Shown here: positions 39,804-49,220 of the stretch, piece after piece | Numbering within the stretch: the first letter of the stretch is position 1 | How the letters are laid out: every line of letters begins with the position of its first letter | Assembly (NCBI GenBank): GCA_019689975.1 | Contig: JADGGK010000002.1 | Location: 38,114 to 102,113, forward strand | DNA length: 64,000 nt | From: Pseudolabrys sp. | Lineage (GTDB): Bacteria > Pseudomonadota > Alphaproteobacteria > Rhizobiales > Xanthobacteraceae | Direction of reading: 5' to 3' | The notes under the pieces: model-generated | Database searches by the model: none | What the model saw: the letters and a program-made list of their open reading frames with translations, nothing else | What the model was told of the DNA's origin: nothing | Made by a program: the position numbers and the translations under genes

Positions 39804-40778
39804 ATGATCGAGGTGCTTGAGAACGCAATCAACGTTCAGACGTTGACGATGATCTTTGCCGCGCTCGCTGCCGCCGCGACCGTGCTCACTCTCGCCATGC
39901 CGTTCGTCTTCTCCGATCCGCTCGAGAAACGGATGCGGGCGGTTGCCATCGAACGCGAGAAGATACGCCAGCGAGAACGTGAGCGTCTGGCGCAGGAGAA
40001 GCAAAGGGTCACGCTGCGGCAGGCCCCGAAGCAATACGTGCAGACCGTCGTCGATCGTTTGAACCTCGGCAAGTGGTTCGGCCAGGAGGAGGCACGGCTG
40101 AAACTGGTGCAGGCCGGCTACCGCGGCAGCGCACCCTACATCACTTTCCTGTTCCTGCGCATGGTGTCGCCCACCGCCTGCTTTCTCGCGGCCGCGATCT
40201 ATCTTTTCGTCATCATGGACCTTGATCAGCCGACGACGATCAAACTCGGCGTGTGCATCGGCGCGGCTTATATCGGCATGCATCTGCCGATGATATTCCT
40301 CAAGAACAAGATCCAACGCCGTCAGCTCTCGATCAAACGCGCATTTCCGGATGCGCTCGATCTCCTGCTCATTTGCGTCGAGTCCGGCATGTCGATCGAG
40401 GCCGCGTTCAAGCGGGTGAGCGAGGAGATCGGCACCCAGTCGATCGCATTGGCGGAAGAGTTCACGCTTACCTTGGCGGAACTTTCCTATCTGCCCGACC
40501 GGCGCCAGGCCTATGAGAATCTCGCCAGGCGCGTCGACCTCGACGGGGTGAAATCGGTCTGCATGGCGCTGCAACAGGCCGAGCGCTACGGCACGCCGCT
40601 CGGTACGGCGCTGCGGACCATGGCCCAGGAGAACCGGGATATGCGCATGGCGGAGGCGGAGAAAAAGGCCGCCGCGCTGCCTCCCAAATTGACCGTGCCG
40701 ATGATCCTGTTCTTTCTGCCCGTGCTCTTCATCGTGATTCTCGGACCGTCGGTGATCAAGGTTCTGGCGTTGCGCTGA
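39804..40778 (+). CDS. tadC: TadC (type II secretion system F family) platform protein
   Basis: FPDALDLLLICVESGMSIEAAF T2SS-F motif. 324 aa, directly after tadB. Confidence 0.88.
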   Translation: MIEVLENAINVQTLTMIFAALAAAATVLTLAMPFVFSDPLEKRMRAVAIEREKIRQRERERLAQEKQRVTLRQAPKQYVQTVVDRLNLGKWFGQEEARLKLVQAGYRGSAPYITFLFLRMVSPTACFLAAAIYLFVIMDLDQPTTIKLGVCIGAAYIGMHLPMIFLKNKIQRRQLSIKRAFPDALDLLLICVESGMSIEAAFKRVSEEIGTQSIALAEEFTLTLAELSYLPDRRQAYENLARRVDLDGVKSVCMALQQAERYGTPLGTALRTMAQENRDMRMAEAEKKAAALPPKLTVPMILFFLPVLFIVILGPSVIKVLALR

Positions 40779-40784
40779 GGCGGG

Positions 40785-41591
40785 TCAACCGCCGGCATCG
40801 GGCGCCGGCAGGCGCGACCGCCCCAGTCGCGTCCGATCGTCCCCGCGGGCGAGCATCTGCCGCAGATAGCTCACGTTGGCCGCGGCCTGATCCGGCGGCA
40901 GATCGGCGGCGGCGACCTTCTCGGCCTCCGCGAAACGTCCCTCGAGTCCGAGCACCAGCGCGAGGTTCTGCCGCACTTTGGGGCTTGCGTCGGGCGCGGC
41001 CGCCGCGCGCCGCAAAACGGCCTCCGCCTGCGGCAGCTTCTTTTCCAGGGCGTAGGAGAGGCCGAGATTGGACAGGACCGAGGATTCGTTCGGCACGATC
41101 TTGAGCGCCGCGGAATAGTACCGCTGCGCCTCCGCATGGCGTCCCATCTCGTCGAGCACGGCACCCTGTGCGTTGAGAATACGCCAGTCGGGATTGTCCG
41201 GCGTGTGGGCGCGGCCGAGGGCATCGAGGGCCTCGTTGTACTGGCCGACATCGGCGAGCGCGCGCCCATAGGCTCCGAGCAGCGCCATGTTGTGCGGATT
41301 GCGGATCGAGGCCTGCTGCAGCACGGCCACGGCCTGCGCGCGCTGCCCGGTGGCGCGCAGGGCGCGCGCATAGGCCATTGCCGCCTCGGCGTCCCCCGGA
41401 TTGGTGCGATACCGCTCGCCATAGACGGCAAGCGCCTGCCGCCAATCCGATTCGTTGGCTGCCGCGGGCGGCGCGCTCACCGAGCCGGTGACATCACCCC
41501 CGGTCGTCTTGCAACCGGCAAGCGGAAACGCCAGCGCCGCCGCGGCGGCAGCGGCGAGCATGGCGCGGACGGGACGGATGTGGAGCGGCAT
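40785..41591 (-). CDS. TPR-repeat lipoprotein (TadD-like)
   Basis: Lipobox FPLAGC. Repeated TPR-like units (AEAAMAYARALRATGQ, YNEALDALGRA, HAEAQRYYSAALKI). Convergent with tadC, with 6 nt between the stops. Confidence 0.8.
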   Translation of the reverse strand: MPLHIRPVRAMLAAAAAAALAFPLAGCKTTGGDVTGSVSAPPAAANESDWRQALAVYGERYRTNPGDAEAAMAYARALRATGQRAQAVAVLQQASIRNPHNMALLGAYGRALADVGQYNEALDALGRAHTPDNPDWRILNAQGAVLDEMGRHAEAQRYYSAALKIVPNESSVLSNLGLSYALEKKLPQAEAVLRRAAAAPDASPKVRQNLALVLGLEGRFAEAEKVAAADLPPDQAAANVSYLRQMLARGDDRTRLGRSRLPAPDAGG

Positions 41592-41819
41592 TGCCTGCCA
41601 GCAATAAAACGTTAACCCTAACGAGTGGTTAATGGCGATCCCCGCGGCTTCGTCCCTCGCCGCGGCCGTTGATTCAGCGCCATCCTGCGTGGGAACGCTT
41701 ATGAGTCTAGGCCAAGCGCATCAGGCCCGCCTGCCGGCACGCGTCGCGCCGGCGGGCATCCTTCGGGGATACGCTGCGGGTCTCCTTGCAGCCACCCAGT
41801 GTCATCGCGCGGAGTGACC

Positions 41820-43196
41820 ATGCATCCTCTCTTTGCCCGGCCCGGCGAATCAGACTCGATTCCCATCCTCTTCGTCACCGCGTCCAGCTTCGAGAAGGTC
41901 ATCGAAGCGGTCGACGACCGCGAGCGCGCCTTCGTCAAAGCCGCGGGCTTCGAACCGAAGGCGGGGCGGCATCTTGTCGTGCCGGCGCCGGACGGACGGC
42001 TCGCCGGGGTCCTCTTCGGGCTCGAGCCGGCCGACGAACCGGTGCGGGATCCATTCCGGCCGGGAGCGCTGTCAACGCTGCTGCCGGCGGGCACCTATCG
42101 CTTCGCCAATTCACCTTATGATACGCGGCTTGCGGCGCTTGCCTTCGCGCTCAATGCCTACCAGTTCGCGCGCTATCGCAAGGGCGAACCGCGCAAGGCG
42201 CGACTCGTGCTGCCCGAGGGGCTCGACGGCGAGGAACTGACCCTGATCGTCGAAGGCGTGTCGCTTTGCCGCGATCTCGTCAACACGCCGGCCAACGACA
42301 TGGGGCCGGAGGAACTGGAAGACGCCGCGCGGACGCTCGCTAATCGACACGATGCCGCGGTCAGGGTCGTTCTCGGCGAGGCGCTCGAGCGGGAATTTCC
42401 TTTGATCCACGCGGTCGGTGCCGGCTCGCAGCGCGCGCCGCGTCTGATCGATCTCGCATGGGGCAAGCCCAGCGACCCCAAGATCACGCTGATCGGCAAG
42501 GGCGTTTGTTTCGATACCGGCGGTCTCGACATCAAGCCCGAGGGCGCCATGCTCAACATGAAGAAGGACATGGGAGGCGCCGCGACCGCCCTCGGCCTTG
42601 CACACATGATCATGGCGCGCGGGTTGAAGGTACGCCTGCGTGTGCTGATTCCGGCGGTGGACAACGCCATTTCGAGCACGAGCTTCCGGCCCCGCGACAT
42701 ATACAAATCACGCAAGGGATTGACCGTCGAGATCGGCAACACCGACGCGGAAGGCCGTCTGCTGCTGGCCGACGCGCTGGCGCTCGCCGACGAAGACAAG
42801 CCGGACCTGATCGTAGATTTTGCGACGCTGACCGGCGCGGCGCGCGTCGCACTGGGCGCCGACCTGCCGCCGTTCTTCACTGATGACGACGCGCTGGCGG
42901 CCGAATTGATGGAGTGCGCGAGGACCGAATTCGATCCGCTCTGGAGGTTGCCGCTCTGGCGGCCCTACGACGCCATGCTGGAGTCGAAGGTCGCCGATCT
43001 CAACAATGTCGCAAGCGGCGGGCAGGCCGGCGCCATTATCGCCGCTCTGTTCCTGCGCCGTTTCGTGACCACGTCGCGCTGGGTGCACCTCGATATCTTC
43101 GCCTGGACGCCGACGACGAGGCCGGGCCGTCCGGAAGGTGCCGAATGCCAGGCCGCGCGCGCCATCTACGCGTGGCTGGCCGCTCGCCACGTCTGA
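41820..43196 (+). CDS. M17 leucyl aminopeptidase family protein
   Basis: NTDAEGRLLLADAL signature; GKGVCFDTGGLDIKP. The first ATG is at 41820; the track start at 41799 is GTG. Confidence 0.9.
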   Translation: MHPLFARPGESDSIPILFVTASSFEKVIEAVDDRERAFVKAAGFEPKAGRHLVVPAPDGRLAGVLFGLEPADEPVRDPFRPGALSTLLPAGTYRFANSPYDTRLAALAFALNAYQFARYRKGEPRKARLVLPEGLDGEELTLIVEGVSLCRDLVNTPANDMGPEELEDAARTLANRHDAAVRVVLGEALEREFPLIHAVGAGSQRAPRLIDLAWGKPSDPKITLIGKGVCFDTGGLDIKPEGAMLNMKKDMGGAATALGLAHMIMARGLKVRLRVLIPAVDNAISSTSFRPRDIYKSRKGLTVEIGNTDAEGRLLLADALALADEDKPDLIVDFATLTGAARVALGADLPPFFTDDDALAAELMECARTEFDPLWRLPLWRPYDAMLESKVADLNNVASGGQAGAIIAALFLRRFVTTSRWVHLDIFAWTPTTRPGRPEGAECQAARAIYAWLAARHV

Positions 43197-43199
43197 ACC

Positions 43200-44063
43200 A
43201 TGGTTGCGCTCGACCCCCGCATTCATCCGTTCCGGCCGGAAGTCGCGGCAAAATATCTGCAAGGCCAGGTCGAGGCCGCCCGGTTCGTGGAGGGGCAGCG
43301 CTATGCGGTGATCGAGCCTGTTGCCGATCTGCGCCGCGCGCCGTCGCACGGGGCGGCGCTTGCGAGCCAGGCGCTCTTCGGGGAGGAGGTGACCGTCTAC
43401 GACATCACCGAGGAAGGCTGGGCCTGGGGGCAGTTGGAAAGCGACGGCTATGTCGGCTGGCTGTCGGCGAACGCGCTTGGGCCGCCCGGCCCTGCACCGA
43501 CGCACAAAGTGAGCGTGCCGCGTACCCTCGCCTTCCCGCGTCCCGACATCAAGGCCCCGCCGCTTGCCGGACTTCCGATGGGCGCGCGGCTCACCGTTGT
43601 GCATCAAGACGAACGCTTCGCCGTGACCGCCGCAGGCTGGCACGTGCCGCTGGCGCATCTTGCCCCGGTCTGCGCGACGCACGCCGATTTCGTCGCCGTA
43701 GCGGAAAGATTTCTCGATGCGCCCTATTTGTGGGGCGGCAAGACGTCACTGGGGATCGACTGTTCCGGTCTGGTGCAGATCGCCTTGCAGACCGCCGGAC
43801 TGCCTTGCCCGCGCGACAGCGACATGCAGGAACTGGCCCTCGGCACGACCGCAGCGTTCAGCGAACTGCGCCGCGGCGACCTGCTGTTCTGGCCGGGACA
43901 TGTCGCCATCGCTCGCAGTGAGGACGAGATCACGCACGCCAACGCTTACCACATGAGGGTGGCGGTTGAGCCGGTGGAAGACGCGGTCCGCCGTATCGGG
44001 GCAACGGGAATGATGCCGACGAGCGTCAAGCGACTCGCTCCGGCACGCGCATCCTCGGGCTGA
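43200..44063 (+). CDS. C40 (NlpC/P60) peptidase with N-terminal SH3b-like region
   Basis: YLWGGKTSLGIDCSGLVQ catalytic Cys context and GDLLFWPGHVAI His context. Confidence 0.88.
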   Translation: MVALDPRIHPFRPEVAAKYLQGQVEAARFVEGQRYAVIEPVADLRRAPSHGAALASQALFGEEVTVYDITEEGWAWGQLESDGYVGWLSANALGPPGPAPTHKVSVPRTLAFPRPDIKAPPLAGLPMGARLTVVHQDERFAVTAAGWHVPLAHLAPVCATHADFVAVAERFLDAPYLWGGKTSLGIDCSGLVQIALQTAGLPCPRDSDMQELALGTTAAFSELRRGDLLFWPGHVAIARSEDEITHANAYHMRVAVEPVEDAVRRIGATGMMPTSVKRLAPARASSG

Positions 44064-44135
44064 AGGCCGCTCATCGTGCGATGGGGCAGCCCGCGACCCG
44101 CGAACCCGGGGTGGCGATATCCGGGCGTGACCATG

Positions 44136-44606
44136 TCAGCCACCCGGTCGAACTTCGGCGATCGGCAGCGCGGTGGTCGATTTGATGCGCTCCATGGCGA
44201 AGCGTGAGGTGACGTTCTTGAGCGGAACGGCAGCGATCAGCCGCTTGTAGAACGCGTCGTAGCCGGCGATGTCGGGCACGACCACGCGCAGCATGTAATC
44301 GACGTCGCCGGCCATGCGATAGAATTCCATCACTTCCGGCATCGCCCCCACCACTTCGGCGAAGCGCTTGAGCCATTCCTGGGAATGGTCGCCGGTCTCG
44401 ATCGACACGAAGACCGTGATGCCCAGCCCTAGCTTGTCGGGGTCGAGCAGCGCCACCCGACGCTGGATCACACCGTCGGCCTCGAGCCGCTGCAGCCGCT
44501 TCCAGCACGGCGTCGAGGAAAGGCCCACACGCTGCCCAATCTCGGCAACCGACAACGACGCATCCTGCTGGACAACGGCAAGGATCTTGCGATCGATGGC
44601 GTCCAT
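44136..44606 (-). CDS. Lrp/AsnC family transcriptional regulator
   Basis: MDAIDRKILAVVQQDASLSVAEIGQRVGLSSTPCWKRLQRLEADGVI HTH region plus a C-terminal RAM/AsnC domain. 156 aa. Confidence 0.93.
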   Translation of the reverse strand: MDAIDRKILAVVQQDASLSVAEIGQRVGLSSTPCWKRLQRLEADGVIQRRVALLDPDKLGLGITVFVSIETGDHSQEWLKRFAEVVGAMPEVMEFYRMAGDVDYMLRVVVPDIAGYDAFYKRLIAAVPLKNVTSRFAMERIKSTTALPIAEVRPGG

Positions 44607-44765
44607 CCTTCGGTTCCCTCATCGTTCGACAAAAAAGTTGCACAGAGCGCATATTAATTAGAAACAAATTCTTTTTTATGCGCAGATACTGTCTTTAGCG
44701 AGAAGATTATTCTATTTCAAGCCCGATCTTTCCCCGCCCGCCGTGGCGTTCGGAGATTGAGGGAC

Positions 44766-45767
44766 ATGACAAGACAGTTTGCTTCCGTCTGCCATCGCGT
44801 CGCCGCCCGCGTGGCGTTCGGCCTCGCGCTCGTCCTCGCGGCACTCACGGCACCGAGCTTCGGCGCCGGGACCGGCGCGACGGTTCCTCCGCTCGTCGAT
44901 GTCGAGTGGCTCGCGGCACATCTGCACGACGATAATCTCGTGGTGCTCGACATTCGTTCCGCCATCGACGGCGGTGGCCTCAAAGCCTACGAAGCCGGCC
45001 ATATCCCCGGCAGCGTGCACAGCGACTACGACAAGGCGGGTTGGCGCGTCACGCGCGGCAACGTGCCGTTCATGGTCCCGACCACGCCGGAACTCGAGAA
45101 GCTGATCGGCGACCTTGGCATCGATGAGGACAGTCGCGTGGTCGTCGTCCCGGCCGGCGTCAGCGTGCTCGATTTCGGCGCGGCCGCGCGCGTCTATTGG
45201 ACGCTGAAATATGCCGGCGTCGCCCGCGTATCAATTCTCGACGGAGGCATCGCGGCTTGGCGGTCCACCGGCCGTCCGCTCGAAAGCGGCACCAACAAGC
45301 CATCGCCCAGAATCTTCACCGCGCGCATCGACAACAGCATTCTCGCGGTGGCGGACGACGTCGAAGCGATCGAAAAGAACGGCGGTGCCACGCTGGTCGA
45401 TGCGCGGCCGGCCTCGTTCTTCGCCGGCAAGGAAAAAGCGCCGGCGGCCAAGGCTTATGGCCATATTCCCGGCGCGATCAATATCGACAGCTCGGCCTTC
45501 TACGATTCCGGGACCAACCGGCTTAAACCCAAGGCGGAGCTTGCGAGGATCGCGCGCGACGTGGCGAGCGGTGCGGTGGTGAGCTATTGCAACACCGGGC
45601 ATTGGGCCTCGACCGACTGGTTCGTGCTGCACGAAATTCTCGGCAATAAGAACGCCAGGCTTTATGCAGGATCGATGGTCGACTGGACCAGCAAGCCGGA
45701 GCGGCCGATCGCTTCCTCGCGCACCAAGTGGGACGATCTCAAGAAAGCGCTCGGCCTCGGATCGTGA
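44766..45767 (+). CDS. Two-domain rhodanese sulfurtransferase with N-terminal signal-like segment
   Basis: Hydrophobic N-terminus VAFGLALVLAALTAPSFG, tandem rhodanese domains, active-site loop CNTGHWAS. The track start at 44757 is TTG; the ATG is at 44766. Confidence 0.85.
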   Translation: MTRQFASVCHRVAARVAFGLALVLAALTAPSFGAGTGATVPPLVDVEWLAAHLHDDNLVVLDIRSAIDGGGLKAYEAGHIPGSVHSDYDKAGWRVTRGNVPFMVPTTPELEKLIGDLGIDEDSRVVVVPAGVSVLDFGAAARVYWTLKYAGVARVSILDGGIAAWRSTGRPLESGTNKPSPRIFTARIDNSILAVADDVEAIEKNGGATLVDARPASFFAGKEKAPAAKAYGHIPGAINIDSSAFYDSGTNRLKPKAELARIARDVASGAVVSYCNTGHWASTDWFVLHEILGNKNARLYAGSMVDWTSKPERPIASSRTKWDDLKKALGLGS

Positions 45768-45937
45768 GCCTCGCGCGCGCCGCTGCGGATGCGGCACCCT
45801 GGCCGCACGGCATTGTGACGTCCGTACCATAACGGATGAGCGCTTCTTGGCCGGCAACGGAGGCGACGAGCGCCCGTGCATGACGCGGGAGGCAAGCCGT
45901 GGTAAGGGCTTCGTCGGAAATCCAAGGGAATTGACCG

Positions 45938-47086
45938 ATGTCCACAGCGACCCTGACGACGGCGAAACCGCGCGCGGGCGCAGGCTCCGATCCGCTTTTT
46001 CTCGCATTGTCGATCGGCGCATCCGCGCTGCTGATCGCGCTCGTGCTGGTCGATGGGCAGCCTGCCTCGGCCGTCCTCATCCTCGGCGGCTTCGGTCTCG
46101 GCATCGCGTTCTGGACCGCCGAGTTCAGTTACACCGCCTCCTGGCGCCGTTTCCTCGTCAAGGGCGAAGCCGGCGGTCTGCTCGGTGGTCTGATCGTGAT
46201 TGCCGTGTGCGCCGTCGTCGTGGTGCCCGCGGCCGCGCTGGAGCCGCATTTTGGCGGCGCTATCGCACCGCTCGGGCTCTCGCTCGTGGTTGGCGCTTTT
46301 GCCTTTGGCGTCGGCATGCAGCTGGCCAATGGCTGCGGCTCGGGAACGCTCTATACCGTTGGCGGCGGTTCCGGCCGCATGCTGGTCGCGCTGCTGTTCT
46401 TCCTCGTCGGTAGCGTGCTCGGGAGCCTGTCGCTGCCGTTTTTCCTCGCGCTCGGCGGCGTCGATCCGGTGCTCGCGTCGGACTATTTCGGCCCCTGGGG
46501 CGGACTTCTTGTTACGCTGGCAAGCCTCGGACTGGTTGCGGCGATCATCATCGCCGTGGCGAGGAGACGCGGCGCCACATGGCGCCCGCCGCGCAACTAC
46601 GTGATCGGCGGCGTCGTCATCGGGCTGCTGTGCGTGCTCGTGTTCCTTGCCGGCGGCCATCCCTGGAGCGTGACGTTTGGTTACACCGTATGGGGCGCGA
46701 AAATCGCCGGGGCGCTCGGCATCGATCTCGCGCAGGCCCCGTTCTGGCAGTGGCCCGGGCCGAAACATGCGCTCGCGGGTTCGGTGCTGTCCGACACCTC
46801 GAGCCTTACCGATTTCGGCGTCATCTTCGGCGCCATGGCCGCTGCGGCCGCGCGCGGGCCCTTCGCGGCGGGCGCCTGGCCGCCGGCAAAATCGCTGCTG
46901 GCGGCGGCGATCGGCGGCCTCGTGATGGGGTGGGGCGCGCGGCTCGGGTTCGGCTGCAATATCGGCGCTTTTGTCGGCGGGGTCGCCTCGGGCTCCCTGC
47001 ACGGCTGGATCTGGTTCGCCGCGGCGCTGCCGGGATGCCTGCTCGGCATCCGCCTGCGACCGCTGTTCGGTCTCACGCGCGAGTAG
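45938..47086 (+). CDS. YeeE/YedE family sulfur-compound (thiosulfate-type) transporter
   Basis: Polytopic. Conserved Cys-loop motifs LANGCGSGTLY and GFGCNIGAFV. 382 aa. Confidence 0.85.
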   Translation: MSTATLTTAKPRAGAGSDPLFLALSIGASALLIALVLVDGQPASAVLILGGFGLGIAFWTAEFSYTASWRRFLVKGEAGGLLGGLIVIAVCAVVVVPAAALEPHFGGAIAPLGLSLVVGAFAFGVGMQLANGCGSGTLYTVGGGSGRMLVALLFFLVGSVLGSLSLPFFLALGGVDPVLASDYFGPWGGLLVTLASLGLVAAIIIAVARRRGATWRPPRNYVIGGVVIGLLCVLVFLAGGHPWSVTFGYTVWGAKIAGALGIDLAQAPFWQWPGPKHALAGSVLSDTSSLTDFGVIFGAMAAAAARGPFAAGAWPPAKSLLAAAIGGLVMGWGARLGFGCNIGAFVGGVASGSLHGWIWFAAALPGCLLGIRLRPLFGLTRE

Positions 47087-47090
47087 TCCC

Positions 47091-47243
47091 GTGCGCAAGG
47101 TCTACGTCGTCGTGGTCGTCGTTTCCCTCGCCGCAGTCGTCGTTCAGCATTTGCTGAGCCCGTCGGCCGGTCGGGCGGTGTCACCCGAGGATTTCGCCGG
47201 AGCCTGTGCGCCCTGCGGCGCGCCGTGTCCTTCCAAGAAGTGA
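47091..47243 (+). CDS. Hypothetical 50-aa membrane peptide with C-terminal CxxCxxxC
   Basis: GTG 4 nt after the yeeE stop: VRKVYVVVVVVSLAAVVVQHLL...FAGACAPCGAPCPSKK. GC-rich third positions but no clear SD. Tentative. Confidence 0.3.
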   Translation: MRKVYVVVVVVSLAAVVVQHLLSPSAGRAVSPEDFAGACAPCGAPCPSKK

Positions 47244-47323
47244 CGGCGGCGCCTCGACGATCGCCATTCAACGGTCCGTAACACGATCGGACGCGGCGAG
47301 ACGCTTGCGGCGCGGACCGGTGA

Positions 47324-48250
47324 CTATCCGCGCAGCAGCGCTTCGACCATGTCTCGCCGCGGCGCCGCGCTGCCTCCGCCGAAACGCGTGCATTTGAGCG
47401 CCGCAGCGGCGCAGGCGAAACGCAGCGCGGCTTCGAGTGGGCGTCCCTCCGCCAGTGCCAGGGCAAATGCGGCGTGAAAGACGTCGCCGGCGGCGAGAGT
47501 GTCGACGGTCTCGACCTGGAAGGTCGGCATGTGTCGCACCGTGCTTCCTTGACGCCAATAGACACCGTTAGGCCCGTCGGTGACGGCGAGGAAAGCCGGA
47601 TGATGCGCGGCGAGTCTCGCAAGGCCGGCTGCGTGGTCCGACGCATCGGTGGTGGCGAACAGGGCCTCCGTGGAGGCGATGACGTGCGTGCCCAGCGCGA
47701 GCAGCGGATCGTCGGGCCGGGTTGCCCGGTCGAGATCGATGACGCAGGGGAGTCCGGCATGTCGGGCCGCCCGCGCCACGGCCGTCACAAATTCGGGGAA
47801 ACGGTTGTCGATCAGGAGCGCATCGACGTCGCGGATGAGCGCCTGCGCGTCGCGCGGCAATGCGGCGTCAAGACCTTTGCCGCGGCGTGTGGCGATGGCC
47901 TTCTCGCCGCGCCCGTCGATCAATATCAGGGACACCGAGACGGTCGCCCCCGCCACGCGGACGACGCCCTGCGTATCGACGCCTTCGGCGGCCAGGTCGG
48001 CCAGGATGCGGTTGCTGGCGACGTCGTCGGCGTCGCCGAGGGGTCCCGCAAAGCGCGCCCGGCCGCCCAGTCGCGCCACCGCGAGTGCCGCGTTGGCGGC
48101 GCAGCCGCCGCCGGTAACCAGGAAATCGGTCGCGGCAATCTTGGTGCCCGGCGCGGGAAAGGTCTCGACGCGCATGACGATGTCCTGTACCGCGATGCCG
48201 GCACAGAGAATCCTCGCTGCGCGCTCAGCCAAAGCCGGCCTCGCCGTCAA
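47324..48250 (-). CDS. PfkB-family (ribokinase-like) sugar kinase
   Basis: GGCAANAALAVARLGG and C-terminal DTLAAGDVFHAAFA motifs. TTG start at 48250, or TTG at 48232. Confidence 0.82.
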   Translation of the reverse strand: MTARPALAERAARILCAGIAVQDIVMRVETFPAPGTKIAATDFLVTGGGCAANAALAVARLGGRARFAGPLGDADDVASNRILADLAAEGVDTQGVVRVAGATVSVSLILIDGRGEKAIATRRGKGLDAALPRDAQALIRDVDALLIDNRFPEFVTAVARAARHAGLPCVIDLDRATRPDDPLLALGTHVIASTEALFATTDASDHAAGLARLAAHHPAFLAVTDGPNGVYWRQGSTVRHMPTFQVETVDTLAAGDVFHAAFALALAEGRPLEAALRFACAAAALKCTRFGGGSAAPRRDMVEALLRG

Positions 48251-49172
48251 TCCAGGCGCGGATGATGTGGTGGGCGATCGCGATCGGCGGCGGGGTGGTC
48301 AAGCCTCGCGGATGCCGGCGCAGGAGCATGCTCGCGACCTCGTCACGCGAGAACCAGCGTGCGTCTTCAAGCTCCCCGCGGTCGACGGTGAGGTCTTCGC
48401 CCATGGCCTCGGCGTGGCAGCCGATCATCAGCGACATGGGAAACGGCCAGGGCTGGGAGGCGAAATAACGGACGCGGCCGGTGGCGAGGCCCACTTCCTC
48501 GCGCGTCTCCCGCCGCACGGCATCTTCGATGGCTTCCCCCGGCTCGACAAAGCCCGCGAGGCATGACCACATCCCGGCGGCGAAGCGCGGGCTGCGCGCG
48601 AGCACGCAGCGGCCGCCGTCGACCGCGAGCATGATCACGACCGGATCCGTGCGCGGGAAGTGCTGGGCCTGGCACTGCGGGCAGTCCCGCCGCCATCCCG
48701 CGCTTGCCGCTCGAGTCGGCGCGCCGCAGTTCGAGCAAAATCGGTGACGCAGATGCCAGGCAAGGACTGCTTTCGCCTCCGCGATCGGCGGCAGATGATC
48801 GGGCGCAACCAGACCCTGCACGGCGATTGAGCGCAGGTCAGTGACAAGAAGGTCGTCGCGCGATTTCAGCGCGTCGGCGACGGTGGGCGCGAGGCCAATG
48901 CCGAAACGAGGCGCGCCGTCAGCGAGACCGAGGAAGACCGTGTCCGCAAGGTCGCCCAGCGCGCGCGCGGCGCTCATTTCGAACAGCGGCTCGTTGAACG
49001 GGCGGGCCTTCCTCGCGGCGATCAGCTCGCCGCACACGACATAGGCGCGCGCCGCGCGGCTTGCGGCCATGGCGGCGATCGACGCGTCATCATGACGCTT
49101 GTCCGCCGCGCGGTCTATGCGGCTCTCGACGTAGCCGAGACGAGGCTTGGGACCGAGATCAAGGCCGTGCAT
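48225..49172 (-). CDS. nudC: NAD(+) diphosphatase NudC (NADH pyrophosphatase)
   Basis: Zinc ribbon CSNCGAPTRAASAGWRRDCPQC followed by Nudix box GFVEPGEAIEDAVRRETREEVGL. Confidence 0.9.
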   Translation of the reverse strand: MHGLDLGPKPRLGYVESRIDRAADKRHDDASIAAMAASRAARAYVVCGELIAARKARPFNEPLFEMSAARALGDLADTVFLGLADGAPRFGIGLAPTVADALKSRDDLLVTDLRSIAVQGLVAPDHLPPIAEAKAVLAWHLRHRFCSNCGAPTRAASAGWRRDCPQCQAQHFPRTDPVVIMLAVDGGRCVLARSPRFAAGMWSCLAGFVEPGEAIEDAVRRETREEVGLATGRVRYFASQPWPFPMSLMIGCHAEAMGEDLTVDRGELEDARWFSRDEVASMLLRRHPRGLTTPPPIAIAHHIIRAWIDGEAGFG

Positions 49173-49220
49173 GCGAACGACAGAATCGCATGACGCACGC
49201 GTTTGCGCAATCAGCCGAGC

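Noticed and set aside
40756-41445. Alternative minus-strand frames (229 aa and 186 aa) overlapping the TPR gene.
   Set aside because: The 40785..41591 frame has a lipobox and TPR repeats. The others are Arg/Ala-rich shadow frames.
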